A stretch of DNA of 64,000 nt from Eledone cirrhosa (GCA_964016885.1 OZ024749.1:37324001-37388000); one strand, 5' to 3'. Positions 43,397-57,773 are shown, counted from the stretch's first letter. Notes: generated by a model from the sequence alone, not told the origin. Numbers and translations: made by a program.

Positions 43397-43493
43397 GTAG
43401 TAGTAGTAGTAGTAGTAGTAGAATTTTATGAACCAGTAGAGCACCAGTAGTTTAAATATCCATTTAGAGTGGACAGAATTTCAATGACATTCA
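42932..43493. repeat. Four ~80-bp units spaced by (CTA)n(TAG)n
   Basis: agaatttt..gaaccagtagagcaccagtagtttaaatatccatttagagtggaca.aatttcaatgaca.tca repeated. Confidence 0.9.
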
Positions 43494-43982
43494 TTTACTT
43501 TAACGGAAACAAAGAAAGAAGGAATATTTAGTTATTTATTTATTTATCTATATATTTATTTATTCATTTACTTACTTATTACTCCGAACAGAAAAAAGTA
43601 ATTTATTCTTGTAACCTAACAAAGCTAGCAGTGGGAGGAGAGGGAGGAGGTAGCTAAATATAGCGGAAGCATTGTAAATATTTGCATGAGATGGCATGTT
43701 ACTGTGTTGACATGTGCAGTTTCAGTGTGCAATAACTGCAGTCTTACTGCTGCCTCACACACTGCAGTCTCACACATTACAGGCAGAGACTTTATTTATG
43801 TGCAGATATTGATTATATACTCTTTAGCATTATGTATGTATTTTAACACTAAAGAAATTACACCGTTTAAAAAGTGGCATATTACCTACATTGGATGGCT
43901 GCGTGCCTGGTTTCTTTCTGTGTACGTACGTACGTGGTGCATGTATGTATATATGTTTACATATGCATATATATATATATAT

Positions 43983-44059
<77 letters not shown>

Positions 44060-44064
44060 TATAC

Positions 44065-44104
<40 letters not shown>

Positions 44105-44117
44105 CAGAGGGTATGGT

Positions 44118-44317
44118 NNNNNNNNNNNNNNNNNNNNNNNNNNNNNNNNNNNNNNNNNNNNNNNNNNNNNNNNNNNNNNNNNNNNNNNNNNNNNNNNNNN
44201 NNNNNNNNNNNNNNNNNNNNNNNNNNNNNNNNNNNNNNNNNNNNNNNNNNNNNNNNNNNNNNNNNNNNNNNNNNNNNNNNNNNNNNNNNNNNNNNNNNNN
44301 NNNNNNNNNNNNNNNNN
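44118..44317. other. Assembly gap, 200 N
   Basis: Run of N. Confidence 1.
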
Positions 44318-44724
44318 GGGGGGGGGAGAAGGAGTTTGTGATAAAAATGGCCTATAAAAGCAAACAATAGGAGAAACGAAGGATATCGTCCATATTGCTT
44401 CCTCTTCCGTTGTTGCCGTTGAAGTGAAGAAGAAGATATCATATAATAGCAAAATGATAAACAACCGGATGCTAAAAGACTAATTCAATAGCAGACGTCC
44501 TCGCTCTCCTACAATAAACTACAATATCTTACTTTATTTATGCAGTCAGTATTCGCTATTTAGTCTTCGTTCGTTTACGCCTTTCATTTTACAACCATTT
44601 CCTTTTAATCTGTCGTCGACACACAAAAAGCAGCCATTTTGTTTTTCTTATTTTTCCTCTGCTTCGTCTTCTTCGGCGAAATCATGTCGAAATCAAAAAG
44701 TAATATCGTATCGAGATATGATTT

Positions 44725-44788
<64 letters not shown>

Positions 44789-45058
44789 TTCAGTTGTTTT
44801 ATATTTTTAACCATTTTTAGATCCGTGTTTGGCTTGAAGCAATGTAGTTTTGGCTATGTTGAAACATCCCTATCTCTCCATCCCCTCCACCTCTCCTCTC
44901 ACAGGAACTGTGCAGAGCGGTGCAGTACACACAGTACACACGAGGAAGATAATGTCACAATAGTAGGGTTGTACATGTGTGAAAATATCTATTGCATTGT
45001 GCAACAAAATTTCATTTACACACGTACAGACATTACATGTACACATATTCATATAAAC

Positions 45059-45094
<36 letters not shown>

Positions 45095-45833
45095 TATTTT
45101 ACGTCCGCTTTTCCCTGCTTGCAAGGGTGGGACGGGAACTGATTCTGGCTTGATTTCTACAGCTGGATGCCCTGCCTAACACCAACCTCATTTTACAGTG
45201 AGTGCTGGGTGCTTTATTGCCGTGGCACCTCCACGACCAGTTTACAGTGGAATGATATGGACCCCAGTCCCTATCATCTCATTTCTAAAGCTGAGTAAAC
45301 TGGGAGCAATGTGAAATAAAGTGTCTTGCTCAAGGAAACAACACATCACCCGGTCTGAGAATTGAACTCACAACCTTTCGATTGCATGGCCAATGCTCTA
45401 ACCACTAAGCCATGTGCCTCCATATATATATATATATATATTAATTGGTGGAAAGACGTAGCGACATCATCGACCCCAGAAACATAAAAGGCAGGGTTGA
45501 CCCCAACAGGCTTTGAACCAAGAACGTAAAGAGCAAGAACAATCTATCTGTAGAGATTTCGTCCGATGCTGTAATGGTTCTCCAATTTACCCCAGAAAAG
45601 ACGATTTCAGATTTTGTACTATAAAATCCTCATTAAAATAACACACGTTATTATAAATATTTGAATTCATAAGCCACCTGAGACCATATTAAAGCTACTT
45701 AGAAATGATGAAACAACACAAAGACTGCATCTTTACTGTATAGTTCCACGACAATCTGTTTACTAGGAAAATTAGTCTAAACATTTGAATAAACAAACCC
45801 ATTTTTGTTACAGCCATCATACTTCACACTTTC

Positions 45834-45895
<62 letters not shown>

Positions 45896-47488
45896 TCATA
45901 TATATATATAATATATATACGTACACACATATACCGAGTCCATTTCCTACCGAATCAATTAAATATTTATGTCTGTATATATAACTATAATAATATAACA
46001 TCAACTGTACTTACAGCGCAGTGATGCAGCGCCTGGATGAATTATTGACCTAAAACATATATAATACTGTTTGTTGACATAGCAACTCTAGTAGACAGTT
46101 GTTCTACACAGAATATGAATAGTGTAATAACGGACACCCTGTATAGTTTATTCTAAGCCAGTCATATATAGTTCATTGATAAAATATCAATATAGAATTA
46201 CATTTTACTACAGTAAACTTTCAAAACCTGTCAGTTTAACCTTTTTGCTTCCAAGCCGTCTGACACCACTCCTGTTTCTGCGATAACAAAACTGGCTATT
46301 TAAATATGTTATCGTTATCTAAAAACCTTTCATCATATCTTTATACAAGAACCTTTGTTAAGTTATGTTCTTAACAACAGCTATATAATGTGAAAGTGAA
46401 ATTGCGAAATTCTTCCCAATTTTTAAAGATTATTTTCATGATTAATGGAAACACATTTATTGCATTTAATAATATTTTCTTCCTTAGGAATACTATAGTA
46501 TTTCTGTGTTGGTTCTATAACTAAGTATCTATTGGTAGTAATGTTCTCTAAAATGTCCGCCCCTTTGATCCCGGCCGACAGGATGGAGAATACCTCGCCC
46601 TAGAGGATGGCGAGGGAGACACGTTGAAACCGTCATCTCACCCAGCAGGCAGACAACTTCGTTGAGCAGGGATGTGGTCCGGGGGACTAGAACGCCAAAA
46701 AGCTCTACTGCAACAGGCTCTACCACAAACATATCCGAGAGCGGCAGATACATGGACAGTTTGCCTTCTTCGGCCTGGTCGGCAATTGTCAATGTATTTC
46801 ATTAGGAATATAGAAACGAAAGAGTTAACTACTTGATATCAACCCGCTTAAAGCCACCCACAGTCTCAATACCACAACACTGCTCACTTTAAAGTGTTTA
46901 TTCTTATATTAAAACCTTTATTCATATTTTCATATAAGAACCTTTGATAAGTTATGCTTCAATCTAATCTAATCTAATCTGGCCGAGTTTACACTCGCAA
47001 ATAAGAAGAACCAGGGCCGCCCGTAGGTGTACTTCATTGTATTTGATGTATTTGATATTTGTTTCGGTTGTTGAATACAATCAGGATTGTTGCTTCTCCT
47101 GAAGGTCAATAGTTCTCTTCTAACTCGAGCGGGAGCACCTTTCCATTGCTTCAAACACCTGCTTAATAACGAGAAAGCTATATTACTAAATTTAGCCAAG
47201 CAGTTTCTGTCATTAGAAAAGGTTAAAAACATATGAACTATAAAGATCTCTGGCCCAGTTTCGGCAGATTTTTTAAATATGTCATGGTTGAGATCTTTAG
47301 ACATGTGTACTCATACCGTAGTTCTGAGGGAGATTCAGAATGATACTGTTAAATTAGATATAAAACTCATATTTTCCAGGAGAGTGGACTGGAGGAAGGT
47401 GAAATAAAATGTCTTGCTCAAAGACACATCACACACCCTTACAATCGTCAGCCGAACACTCTAACAACTAAGCCATACGTTGTCACCT

Positions 47489-47540
<52 letters not shown>

Positions 47541-47683
47541 TGTAGGGGTGTAAGCAGTAGGATCTGTAGTAGTATATGCAACAATATTACATATAGTAGT
47601 AGCAGTGGTGGAAGCAGTAGTAGTAATGCCAGTGGTGGTGCTGGTCTTGGTCGTGGAAGTACTACTACAGTGGTGTTGGTGGA

Positions 47684-47768
<85 letters not shown>

Positions 47769-47907
47769 ATAATAATAATAATAATAGTAAGAAGAAGAAG
47801 AAGAATAGTAGTAGTGGTGGTGTTGGTATTGGTCGTGGAAGTCCTACTACAGTGGTGTTAGTGGAAGAAGTACTACTGCTACTACTGATACTAGTAGTAA
47901 TAGTAGT

Positions 47908-48121
47908 AGAATTTTCTCAACCAGTAGAGCAACAGTACAGTTTAAATATCCATTTAGAGTGGACATAATTTCAATGACACTCACCATAACTACTACTACT
48001 ACTATTACTACCACTACTACTAGTAGTAGTAGTAGTAGTAGTAGAATTTTCTGAACCAGTAGAGCACCAGTAGTTTAAATATCCATTTAGAGTGGACATA
48101 ATTTCAATGACACTCACCATA

Positions 48122-48180
<59 letters not shown>

Positions 48181-48305
48181 CACTACCACTACCACTACTA
48201 CTACCACTACTACTACTACTACTAGTAGAATTTTATGAACCAGTAGAGCACCAGTAGTTTAAATATCCATTTAGAGTGGACAGAATTTCAATGACATTCA
48301 CCATA

Positions 48306-48397
<92 letters not shown>

Positions 48398-48474
48398 AAT
48401 TTTATGAACCAGTAGAGCACCAGTAGTTTAAATATCCATTTAGAGTGGACAGAATTTCAATGACATTCACCATA

Positions 48475-48523
<49 letters not shown>

Positions 48524-48623
48524 GTAGTAGTAGTAGTAGTAGTAGTAGTAGAATTTTATGAACCAGTAGAGCACCAGTAGTTTAAATATGCATTTAGAGT
48601 GGACAGAATTTCAATGACATTCA
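47908..48623. repeat. Five-unit version of the same array
   Basis: Same unit with one more copy. Confidence 0.9.
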
Positions 48624-49108
48624 TTTACTTTAACGGAAACAAAGAAAGAAGGAATATTTAGTTATTTATTTATTTATCTATATATTTATTTATTCATTTA
48701 CTTACTTATTACTCCGAACAGAAAAAAGTAATTTATTCTTGTAACCTAACAAAGCTAGCAGTGGGAGGAGAGGGAGGAGGTAGCTAAATATAGCGGAAGC
48801 ATTGTAAATATTTGCATGAGATGGCATGTTACTGTGTTGACATGTGCAGTTTCAGTGTGCAATAACTGCAGTCTTACTGCTGCCTCACACACTGCAGTCT
48901 CACACATTACAGGCAGAGACTTTATTTATGTGCAGATATTGATTATATACTCTTTAGCATTATGTATGTATTTTAACACTAAAGAAATTACACCGTTTAA
49001 AAAGTGGCATATTACCTACATTGGATGGCTGCGTGCCTGGTTTCTTTCTGTGTACGTACGTACGTGGTGCATGTATGTATATATGTTTACATATGCATAT
49101 ATATATAT

Positions 49109-49199
<91 letters not shown>

Positions 49200-49224
49200 T
49201 ATACATATATATACATATATATAT

Positions 49225-49387
49225 CACAGAGGGTATGGTAAGATACCACAGGTGGACCATAGCGCACTAGAGTACTCAATACTTAGTGTAGTAGAGTGGG
49301 TAATAGGGAAAGAGTCAGGACCCCGACCGCTGAGCTCCAGCCGTTTCGACAGTTAGATTTGAAACGGCAGGAGCTCAGCTATTTTCC

Positions 49388-49389
<2 letters not shown>
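49225..49389 (-). mobile_element. Family B element (divergent)
   Basis: ggtggaccatagcgcactagagtactcaatacttagtgtagtagagtgggtaatagg plus a partial fold-back. Confidence 0.7.
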
Positions 49390-49422
<33 letters not shown>

Positions 49423-49431
<9 letters not shown>

Positions 49432-49977
49432 TAAACAAATAATGAATAAAACAATGAAACAGTTCCTTATATTAAACAAAAAAAGTTCATTATTTAACGA
49501 TCGTTTCTAGGATATACATGTGTTAGAATTGGCATGCATATTCAACAGATCTATGTACAAAATTATACAAAATTATACAAACTATCAAGATTAAATATAC
49601 ATACCAAACACACATATATGCCGTCTTCATTATTTCTGAAGACGGCATATATGTGTGTTTGGTATGTATATTTAATCTTGATAGTTTGTATAATTTTGTA
49701 TAATTTTGTACATAGATCTGTTGAATATGCATGCCAATTCTAACACATGTATATCCTAGAAACGATCGTTAAATAATGAACTTTTTTTGTTTAATATAAG
49801 GAACTGTTTCATTGTTTTATTCATTATTTGTTTAATATTTTATCTTGACTCTGTATTCCGTTTATCTTTCACCGAAAGTGATTTTTCATTACATCTCTTC
49901 TTTCCATGATATCCGGAATACATTGAGTTCTTCATACGGATTGGACACTACCGTAAACTCTTGGTAGATTTATCTAC

Positions 49978-49978
<1 letters not shown>
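49423..49978 (+). mobile_element. Long fold-back element with 207-bp inverted arms and a hammerhead
   Basis: 49423-49629 is the reverse complement of 49637-49843 with a 7-nt spacer; ~135-bp unique tail; TA tracts on both sides. Confidence 0.85.
49626..49780 (+). ncRNA. Type I hammerhead ribozyme with ~116-nt stem II
   Basis: UUCAUUAUUU-CUGAAGA(49636-42)-long imperfect hairpin-GAAAC(49759-63)-GAUC-GUU-AAAUAAUGAA. Stem I is 10 bp and stem III is the palindrome AACGAUCGUU. The base of stem II is non-canonical. Confidence 0.7.
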
Positions 49979-50014
<36 letters not shown>

Positions 50015-50019
50015 GGAAA

Positions 50020-50331
50020 AGACTCGGGACCTCACTATTACACACTCTACTACCCTAAAAGTATTGAGTACTCTGGTGCGTTATGGTCCACCTGGTATCT
50101 TAGTACACGCTCTCTGTTATATATATATAGGAACGAGTAGGACGGCTAATTCTGGACTAAAAAAAAAAAAAAAAAAAGAATTAGCCGTCGAAACGGCTTG
50201 AGCTCAGCCGTCGAAACGGCTTGAGCTCAGCCGTCGGGGTCCTACTCGTTTCTATTACCCACTCTACTACCCTAAGTATTGAGTACTTTGGTGCGTTATG
50301 GTCCACCTGGTTCCTTACCACATTTCCTTCG

Positions 50332-50333
<2 letters not shown>
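50020..50333 (+). mobile_element. Two tandem family B elements
   Basis: 50020-50120 is tail only. 50128-50333 is a fold-back with an A-run at the junction and a 23-bp duplication. A further relic is at 58312-58415. Confidence 0.75.
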
Positions 50334-50375
<42 letters not shown>

Positions 50376-50973
50376 GTGTGTGTAATGATGTTCGGCAGGT
50401 GTGAGGTCAAATCCCATATGTGATGCCGTCCGATTTTGTCCGCATCTAAGGTCTTTTGTATTCAAAAGCCTGCGTCCATGTTAACGTTACGCTCACATAC
50501 ACTCAATACACACAGACACACACACACCCGTACATACAAAATACATGAAACTAATAACTTCAGCAACACCCATTAATGACAACCACACTCACACACATAT
50601 GTACATATAATACATATACATAAATCTATACAAACATTATAAACCAATAAGTGTGTTGGGAAAAGTAATTATTTTGTTAAACAGTAGCCATTAGTGTACT
50701 TGATCATGACTCTGGTCACTATTGCCACCATTGTCACAAATCTCGCCATTGTTGCTATTTTAGATGTGACTTCCTTTTCACAGATGCTAATAAATTAGAA
50801 CTTCCGAATCACTTTGCTGATATTAATTATAATACGGTATTATAGGCTTAACAATGCTCCAATTGTAGTAATGGAAGCTGTGTAAGCTGTTCGTAGTAGG
50901 GAAGATTACGAACCACACTACTGCTTATTTTAATATACATATATATATTTATATATATATATATATATATATA

Positions 50974-51039
<66 letters not shown>

Positions 51040-51040
<1 letters not shown>

Positions 51041-51650
51041 TGGTGGCTGCCAGCTCGTTTTCGAGTACGGCCACTACTTTATATCCATGTAGGAGAACCC
51101 CTACCGATGCGCTGAACGAGTGTCACTTTTTAGTCCAGCCAGCGACTTGAAAACTCTGGTACAAACACTACACTTGTGACAATTATTGACACATAGTGCT
51201 GGGCCCATGGTGCCATGTGACGACAAGTGCAGAGAGATCTCCAGATATAAAGCAATGCCTGTGTCGTGAAGCTTTTATAGTGAGCAAAGGCACTGCACAA
51301 AGCCAGTCCCACTCTCTTAACCAAGATGATATTTACCAAAAAGAAGAACAAGTCAATATCATTGGATACTATCAGGGTTGCAGGTGTTATATCAGAGTTT
51401 TCCTTCTCCTAGAATTCTGCCTTGACAAAGGCTAAGCGGTCATCTCTCCCGGTGATTTTGGATGGCCATCGACTCTTAAGAGCTCCTTTGCTTTTTGACA
51501 GGTTTTGTTTTTAGTCCTGGAGGATGTCCAAAGTCACCCTCCTCATCAAGAAACCTTGGTGGGGTTGCCAGTTTAGTCGCTAACGACCCGACCATGGGAC
51601 AGGTTGTATTGGGATACATGTTACCAGTAGCACCAAATGGTGACCTGACA
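51040..51650 (-). mobile_element. Second copy of the ~610-bp element
   Basis: Reverse complement of 37624-38233 with scattered substitutions. Confidence 0.7.
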
Positions 51651-51653
51651 TGA

Positions 51654-51736
<83 letters not shown>

Positions 51737-52292
51737 TATAGTTGCGTGTGCTTATGTATATATATACATATATATATTTGTATATAGATATATATATATA
51801 TATATTTGTATATAGATCTGTATACTTGTATATTAATATATGTATTTGTACAGAGATATTTGTATATAGTTATATGTATATATCTGTATATATACATATG
51901 TATTTGTGTGAATATATGTATGTTTAATAACATTTCAACTATTTTTTACTCCATAAATGTTGGGTCTTATTTTCCTAAGTGATCACAAAACAGCTGTGAG
52001 ACAATAAAATGCGATAAACTCCCTAATAAAAGTTCCCTTAAACAGGTGTTCTTTCTTACTCTCTTTCATTTCTAAAAAGCAATTTTTCTTAGAACACTGA
52101 ATATTGAGAGAATACAAAATCTTCAGGTGACAGTCAGCTTGAAAAGGTGCAATAAATGGACTGTTGGTCACTATGAAAGATTGATAGACATAGCTCACCT
52201 TTCAGACTATTTTACTCACTCACAAGGGAAGCTTTAACAAATTATCAAAGATAAACATGCGCGACAAACCACAAATCCCCCGTCTCTTTTTT

Positions 52293-52330
52293 ACTTTTGA
52301 AAGGCATAAGAACTGTGAAACCGGTAAAGG
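52293..52330 (+). ncRNA. Degenerate hammerhead, homologue of 55433-55470
   Basis: ACUU-UUGAAAG-GCAU(aagaa)CUGU-GAAA-CCGG-UA-AAGG; shares the downstream aagact.cagttgcattttcgattt sequence. Confidence 0.45.
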
Positions 52331-52430
52331 AAATAAATAAATATTCTTAAAAAGACTGCAGTTGCATTTTCGATTTGTTTTCCATATTTGTTTTGCAAGG
52401 TTTTTGATATGAAATCGTGTGTTGAAACAA

Positions 52431-52544
52431 ATATTGTTATATTTGGGGAGGGTTATAATATTGCCGGAAAATAACCCAAACCAAACAGTGAGTGTATTCT
52501 ATTATTGTTTCTGGCAATATGACCCTCCCCAAATATAACAATAT
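52431..52544. mobile_element. Inverted-repeat element; related sequence at 60663-60740
   Basis: atattgttatatttggggagggt ... accctccccaaatataacaatat. Confidence 0.55.
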
Positions 52545-53182
52545 ATAAACATACATATATATAAATATACATATAAGGAGTTATCCATCCGTTACGATTT
52601 TTGCTCAATGGGTTTAATCAGAGCGATATTAGTTCGAAATTGAGATATGTAAATGTGATTTAAAAATAAGCAAATGTCAACTACAGCACTAGAACTGTTT
52701 CATTCTTATGAAGTCACCAGGAACGTCCTAATGATATCTTATGAATGAAGTAGTTCTAGTCCCGTTGAATTCATTTCTATGCAATATATATATTTACATA
52801 GTACAGCTCTGCCCCCAACCAACCTTTTTGTCAAAAGAGATGTATAAAATAAGCAGCTTTACACTGGGTAATTGCTGGCCTTGTGCCAAAAGTAGAAACA
52901 ATTATTAGAATATTTTATCAGCAACGAAATCCCTTTAAGTCATTGCTGCAGCATGACCACTGTCATATGGTAGAAAATGACAAAAGAATGCAAGAATATT
53001 AAGCTGGTATGTTGGTTTCTCATTCTTGCCACGTCCACAGCTTCGAATCTCTTTGATAGAATTGTATTGGAGTGTACTGTGATTTTTCAATTACTGGCAA
53101 TGATATATTCTTAATACATAGTTTTGACATTGAGGCTCTCAGACATCATCAAAGAATAATTCATTCCACTATATTTACTTCT

Positions 53183-53223
<41 letters not shown>

Positions 53224-53340
53224 GTATATCTATATGTATATGTATATATATGTATATGTATATATATGTATATGTATATATATGTATATATATGTATATA
53301 TATGTATATATATGTATATATATATGTATGTATATATATG

Positions 53341-53375
<35 letters not shown>

Positions 53376-53518
53376 GTATGTATGTATATATGTATGTATG
53401 TATATATATATGTATATATATATATATGTATGTATATATATATGTATATATGTATATATATATGTATATATATATATATATGTATGTATATATATATGTA
53501 TATATGTATATATATATG

Positions 53519-53569
<51 letters not shown>

Positions 53570-53572
53570 GTA

Positions 53573-53611
<39 letters not shown>

Positions 53612-53646
53612 ACATATACATATATATGTATATATATATATATGTA

Positions 53647-53687
<41 letters not shown>

Positions 53688-53704
53688 ACATATACATATA
53701 TATG

Positions 53705-53767
<63 letters not shown>

Positions 53768-53796
53768 ACATATACATATATATATATATATATATG

Positions 53797-53881
<85 letters not shown>

Positions 53882-54205
53882 GTGTATGTATGTGTATATA
53901 TATGCATATATATTTATATATGAGAGAGAGGGAGAGGGGAAGACGACATGAAAGAATATTATTAGTGCTGTTCTGGCTATTGGCAATCGTTTTTCCAGGT
54001 TTACACACACTAAACGCGCGCATTTGAGTGTATGTCAGTGAGAGAGAGAGAGAGAGAGAGAGGGGGGAGTGTGTGTGTTATTGCTCAGTACGATAGAATA
54101 CGATGCAACGTGTTGAAATCATTTTTAATCCTTCATGTCATCAAACAATCGTCTTGACTTCCATATTTCCAGATTTACAGCTTCATGTACCTGGACGAAG
54201 GCGAA

Positions 54206-54555
<350 letters not shown>

Positions 54556-54592
54556 GACTTTTGAGCAAAATAAAACATTTTTGTCAAGATAA

Positions 54593-55104
54593 ATAATTGT
54601 TTCTACTTTTGGGACAAGGCCAGCAATAACCCAGTACATTACTGGTACTTTATTTTATCGATCCCGTAAGGATGAAAGGCAAAGTTGACCTCGGCGGGAT
54701 TTGAACTCAGAATACCAAGGGCCGTAACTCTATGCGTCAAAGCATGGCGTCCAACCCTCTACCGATACTGCACATTCACTTCCCTTTGTCAAGATAAATA
54801 ATTGTTTCTACTTTTGGCACAAGTCCAGCAATTTACCCAGTATATTACTGGTACTTTATTTTATCAACCCCGGAAGGATGAAAGGCAAAGTTAACCTCGG
54901 CGAGATTTGTCAAGATAAATAATTGTTTCTACGTTAGGCACAAGGCCAGCAATTACCCAGTGCATTACTGGTACTTTATTTTATCGACCCCCGTAAGGAT
55001 GAAAGGCAAAGTTAACCTCGGCGGGATTTAAACTCAGAATGGCAAGGGCCGTAACTCTATACGTCAAAGCATGGCGTCCAACCCTCTCCCAATACTGCCA
55101 ATTC
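54593..55104 (-). mobile_element. Three SINE A copies stacked at one target site
   Basis: Copies at about 54593-54784, 54798-54908 and 54919-55104, each bounded by tcaagataaataat. Confidence 0.9.
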
Positions 55105-55296
55105 AAGATAAATAATATCAAACAATTATACATTGTCTAGCTACACTTCTAGTAGGACCACTCATATATATGTATATATGTGTGTGTGTGTGTATCCCGG
55201 GTTCAATCGGGGGGTAACCATGGTAAGTAAGGTACTCAATACACGTAGAGTATATACGATATTTAATATAGAAGTGGCTTTGTCTTTGTTGCCTTT

Positions 55297-55356
<60 letters not shown>

Positions 55357-55363
<7 letters not shown>

Positions 55364-55626
55364 AAAAAGAGATGAAATCGAAAATGCAACTGAAGTCTTA
55401 TTTTTTCTAAAAATATATATATTTATTTGGTTCCTTTACCGGTTTCGCAGTTCTTCTGCTTTTCAAAAGGTGAGTTGAGATGGAGGGAAAGGAACCAAAT
55501 AGATATATATATTTAAAAAAAAAAATAAGACTTCAGTTGCATTTTCGATTTCATCTCTTTTTCTTTATACTTCCACTCGTGTAGGACACCTCGGTTATTT
55601 TTCATTTTGTAAAAAAAAAACCTCAC

Positions 55627-55633
<7 letters not shown>
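55357..55633 (+). mobile_element. Fold-back element in a TA tract
   Basis: ~80-bp arms at 55357-55437 and 55488-55569; hammerhead relic in the loop. Confidence 0.7.
55433..55470 (-). ncRNA. Degenerate minimal hammerhead ribozyme
   Basis: Minus strand reads CCUU-UUGAAAA-GCAG(aagaa)CUGC-GAAA-CCGG-UA-AAGG. All stems are intact with palindromic ACCGGU; two core changes. Confidence 0.55.
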
Positions 55634-55703
<70 letters not shown>

Positions 55704-55870
55704 GTGTGTGTGTGTAGTTTCCCGATAAAGAAATGACCACAATTATAAAAGGAACTCAATTTGTTGGTATGGTATAGGTATCTTTATTTCATATAGAAAT
55801 GACCGCTACAGTCCTAGAACTGTTTCATTCGTATTACATCAGGAATGAAACACTTCCTGTCCTGTAAAAG

Positions 55871-55935
<65 letters not shown>

Positions 55936-55987
55936 ATATATATATATATATATATATACAGTATATATATATATATATATATATACA

Positions 55988-56045
<58 letters not shown>

Positions 56046-56071
56046 TATATATATATATATATATATATACA

Positions 56072-56119
<48 letters not shown>

Positions 56120-56165
56120 ATACAGTATATATATATTTATATATATATATATACAGTATATATAT

Positions 56166-56396
56166 AATTAGAAATATAAGTTTTCACCGTATTTTTGACT
56201 AAAGAAATTTTTTAGCCTGATAGTGGGGTTTAGAACCCTCAGAGAAATGGGAAAAAGATGAGTATTGACGTACATTTTCCATTTCTTCGAGGGCTCTAAA
56301 CCCCACTATCAAACTAAAATATTTCTTTAGTAAAAAGTACGGTGAAAGCTTATATTTCTAATTTCAAACTCGCTCACTGTTTCAAAACATACTTAC

Positions 56397-56397
<1 letters not shown>
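56166..56397 (+). mobile_element. Fold-back element in a TA tract
   Basis: Imperfect ~85-bp arms across 56166-56363 plus a short tail; no clear ribozyme core. Confidence 0.6.
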
Positions 56398-56433
<36 letters not shown>

Positions 56434-57149
56434 AACATACACACATTAGCCCGTAGCCAGCTCTCTATCAGTTGTAAAGAAATAGAAAAGAGCTGTGGTT
56501 TGTTGTTTATCGACGGATTTGTCAACAGTAAAATCTGTTATAATAATGCCTGGCCACCATTATCAAACCGGCGTATCCTGTCTAAAGCCATTATAATTAT
56601 CTCACTTAATAAATGGCAAAGGAAATTGACTTCTAATGTTGCCCACTTCTCGCCGCCATTTTGGATTTTTTTTATTTTATTACCTTTTTTCTTTTCCTGC
56701 TTCATTTCGAAGCAGAACAAAATAACAAGGTGGGTGCTGTGTGGATGTTTAGTGGTGTGTTGTGTTGTGAAGTTGATATCTATGTTAGTGTTTGGGGCAC
56801 ATGGAACTTTTCTGTTTTATGTAGTTGTTTTCTGTGGGTTGGGAGTGGATGTGTTTTCGGTGTTGAGAAAATGGAGTTTGTTTTGGTTTTTGTATTGTTT
56901 TTACTGACTCGGTGATTATTTTGTGCTTGGATTTGTTGGTATCTAACAAGATTATAAAGATTACACACACATACGCATATATATGTCTATATAAAGTTTC
57001 AGTGTCATACTGTGCTACAGAGTATATCGATAGGTTTTAGACAACAGTTATATATGAAGAGGCATATGGAAACAGTGTTTCCGTTGACAGAAAATAACTC
57101 GGACTACTCTCACTCTCTATCTCTCTCTCTCTATATATATTTATATATA

Positions 57150-57308
<159 letters not shown>

Positions 57309-57337
57309 ATTTATTTATATATATATATATATTTATT

Positions 57338-57370
<33 letters not shown>

Positions 57371-57401
57371 TTATATATATATTTATATTTATATATATAT
57401 T

Positions 57402-57432
<31 letters not shown>

Positions 57433-57433
57433 T

Positions 57434-57464
<31 letters not shown>

Positions 57465-57635
57465 TTATATATATATTTATATATATATTTATATATATAT
57501 ATTTATATATATATTTATATATATTTATATTTATATATATTTATATATATATATTTATATATATATTTATATATATATATTTATATATATATTTATATAT
57601 ATATATTTATATATATATATTTATATATATATATT

Positions 57636-57674
<39 letters not shown>

Positions 57675-57723
57675 ATATATTTATATATTTATATTTATAT
57701 ATATATATTTATATATTTATATT

Positions 57724-57755
<32 letters not shown>

Positions 57756-57773
57756 TATATTTATATATATATT

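Larger units (their letters stand above)
39398..49239. repeat. Near-identical direct duplication (39398-44117, 44318-49239) across a gap
   Basis: Copies differ mainly in microsatellite lengths, a 3-bp indel and one minisatellite unit. Confidence 0.95.

Noticed and set aside
42932-43493. CRISPR-like repeat/spacer look
   Set aside because: Units are ~80 bp, spacers are trinucleotide microsatellites, the context is eukaryotic, and no cas genes are present.
49523-49743. Near-identical ORFs on both strands
   Set aside because: A trivial consequence of the palindrome.
56205-56350. Hammerhead in the 56166 fold-back
   Set aside because: CTGATAG and CTGAGGG do not match CUGANGA, and there is no consistent stem I.
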